From Octopus bimaculoides (taxonomy: Eukaryota): DNA of 50,382 nucleotides. Of the stretch, positions 48,865 through 50,382 are shown in pieces. Each line of letters opens with the position of its first letter. The first letter of the stretch is position 1. The position numbers and the translations under genes were made by a program. The stretch lies in the NCBI RefSeq assembly GCF_001194135.2, contig NC_069001.1, positions 8,952,213 to 9,002,594 on the forward strand. Direction: 5' to 3'. The notes below the pieces were generated by a model, which saw only the letters and a list, made by a program, of their open reading frames with translations, had not been told where the DNA came from and did no database searches.

Positions 48865-49285
48865 AGGCGCAGGAGTGGCTGTGTGGTAAGTAGCTTGCTT
48901 ACCAACCACATGGTTCCGGGTTCAGTCCCACTGCATGTCACCTTGGGCAAGTGTCTTCTTCTATAGCCTCGGGCCGACCAAAACCTTGTGAGTGGATTTG
49001 GTAGACGGAAATTGAAAGAAGTCCGTCGTATATATGTATATATTTATATATATGTATGTGTGTGTGTGTGTATATGTTTGTGTCTGTGTTTGTCCCCCCC
49101 AACATCGCTTGACAACCGATGCTGGTGTGTTTACGTCCCCGTAACTTAGCGGTTCGGCAAAAATGGTCCGATAGAATAAGTACTAGGCTTACAAAGAATA
49201 AGTCCTGGGGTCGATTTGCTCGACTAAAGGCGGTACCCCCAGCATGGCCGCAGTCAAGTGACTGAAACAAGTAAAAGAGTAGAGT
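48865..49285 (+). mobile_element. SINE family B, full-length young copy (tRNA head, internal (TA/TG)n, 3' domain)
   Basis: ggcgcaggagtggctgtgtggtaag (A box), ggttcagtccc (B box), ending ...aaggcggtaccccagcatggccgcagtcaagtgactgaaacaagtaaaagagta. Confidence 0.9.
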
Positions 49286-49658
49286 ATATATATGTAATTT
49301 ATCATGAATATTCAAAAGGAATATTTTATTGAACTTATATTAAGTGCTCTATTACTTTGAGCAAATAGATATATATATTTATATTATCAATAATAAAATT
49401 ATTAACAATGTTCTTAGTAAACCAATATTCGAATTTCTGAAAGATATGTTTTATATGACACAATCATTTTGAATTATAATCAAAATTTAAAATATACAAA
49501 ATATAAATGTATATAAAAATATATGCGTACATAAATGTATATAAAAAAATATATGCGTAAGTGAGTGTAAATATAATTCGATTAAAATATTATGAAAGTC
49601 TAAAATTCATCTTACGGATCGTTTCGCGGATATTATTGCCTTTATAATGTAATCTAAT

Positions 49659-50030
49659 GATATTGGCACTCCGTCGCTTGCGACGTCAAGGGTTCCAGTT
49701 GATCCGACTCAACGCAACAGCCTGCTCGTGAAATTTACGTGCAAGTGGCTGAGCACTCCACAGACACGTGTACTCTTAACGTAGTTCACGGGGATAATCA
49801 GCGTGACACAGTATGACAAGGCTGACCCTTTGAATTACAGGAACAACAGAAACAGGAAGTAAGAGTGAGAGAAAGTTGTGGTGGAAGAGTACAGCAGGGT
49901 TCGCCACCATCCCCTGCCGGAGCCACGTGTTTTCGCTCAATAAACACTCACAACGCCCGGTCTGGGAATCGAAACCGCGATCCTATGACCGCGAGTCCGC
50001 TGCCCTAACCATTGGGCCATTGCGCCTCCA
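49659..50030 (-). mobile_element. SINE family C, near full-length
   Basis: Minus strand starts ggaggcgcaatggcccaatggttagggcagcggactcgcggtcataggatcgcggtttcgattccc (tRNA-like head with A and B boxes) and continues into non-tRNA sequence. Confidence 0.85.
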
Positions 50031-50382
50031 CTAATGTAATCTATACTATAACTTGCAGTGTTCTTGATTGCTTGGTTGATTGATTGATCGATTGAGTGTC
50101 GGCAGATTCACTCGAGAACGGTGCAGTGGAATCGCGTGAAATTCAGCACAGAGCGGCAGCATGGTCCGCTCATGTTCAGGAGATTTTTATTGCCCTCCAA
50201 TTCACATGGTTACCGAGATAATCGATTATTACTTTTTAAGATAGGAATATCCCATTCAAAGTGAGGAGGAGCGATTTTATTGCCTTTCCCATGCGCGAAA
50301 TTTTACGAAACACCAGCACATTAAAGATAATTTTTTTCCAAGTAATGTGGCTGGGTTTGTTTTTCGAAAATTTTAATCAGAG

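Noticed and set aside
9158-49315. Many ORFs rich in YI/IY, CV/VC, HT/TH, or L/S/F in the supplied track
   Set aside because: They are translations of (AT)n, (GT)n, (AC)n and CT-rich tracts or of N-gaps, not genes.
48865-50030. tRNA-like sequences with A and B boxes (also 6778 and 45502)
   Set aside because: They are SINE heads: no acceptor stem or complete cloverleaf, and they continue into repeat bodies present in multiple copies.

Overview
AT-rich eukaryotic genomic DNA with very dense (AT)n/(AC)n/(AG)n microsatellites and eight N-gaps. The SINE and repeat content points to a coleoid cephalopod, most likely Octopus (inference). One protein-coding gene is supported: a minus-strand, protostome-type cytoplasmic intermediate-filament (IF) gene. 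Nine exons were reconstructed by hand (40070-39616, 13497-13311, 11787-11692, 9353-9189, 8133-8008, 4727-4507, 4105-3981, 2803-2673, 1318-1199). All introns are GT-AG and the phases join into one open frame of 1626 nt (542 codons). The protein has a long lamin-type coil 1b and a lamin-tail domain but no visible NLS. The last exon(s) were not found and probably lie left of the window. Intron 1 is about 26 kb. Most other sequence is mobile-element debris: at least four tRNA-derived SINE families, several RTE LINE fragments, a CRE-like restriction-like-endonuclease retroelement 3' end, and hAT-Charlie, Tc1/mariner and Tigger remnants. The most notable non-coding item is a minimal hammerhead-ribozyme motif (23740-23785, same strand as the IF pre-mRNA) inside an inverted Penelope-like repeat. 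There is no CRISPR, rRNA or true tRNA. I found no convincingly new multi-gene system. Element-family and homology calls come from my recall of consensus motifs, not from database searches.
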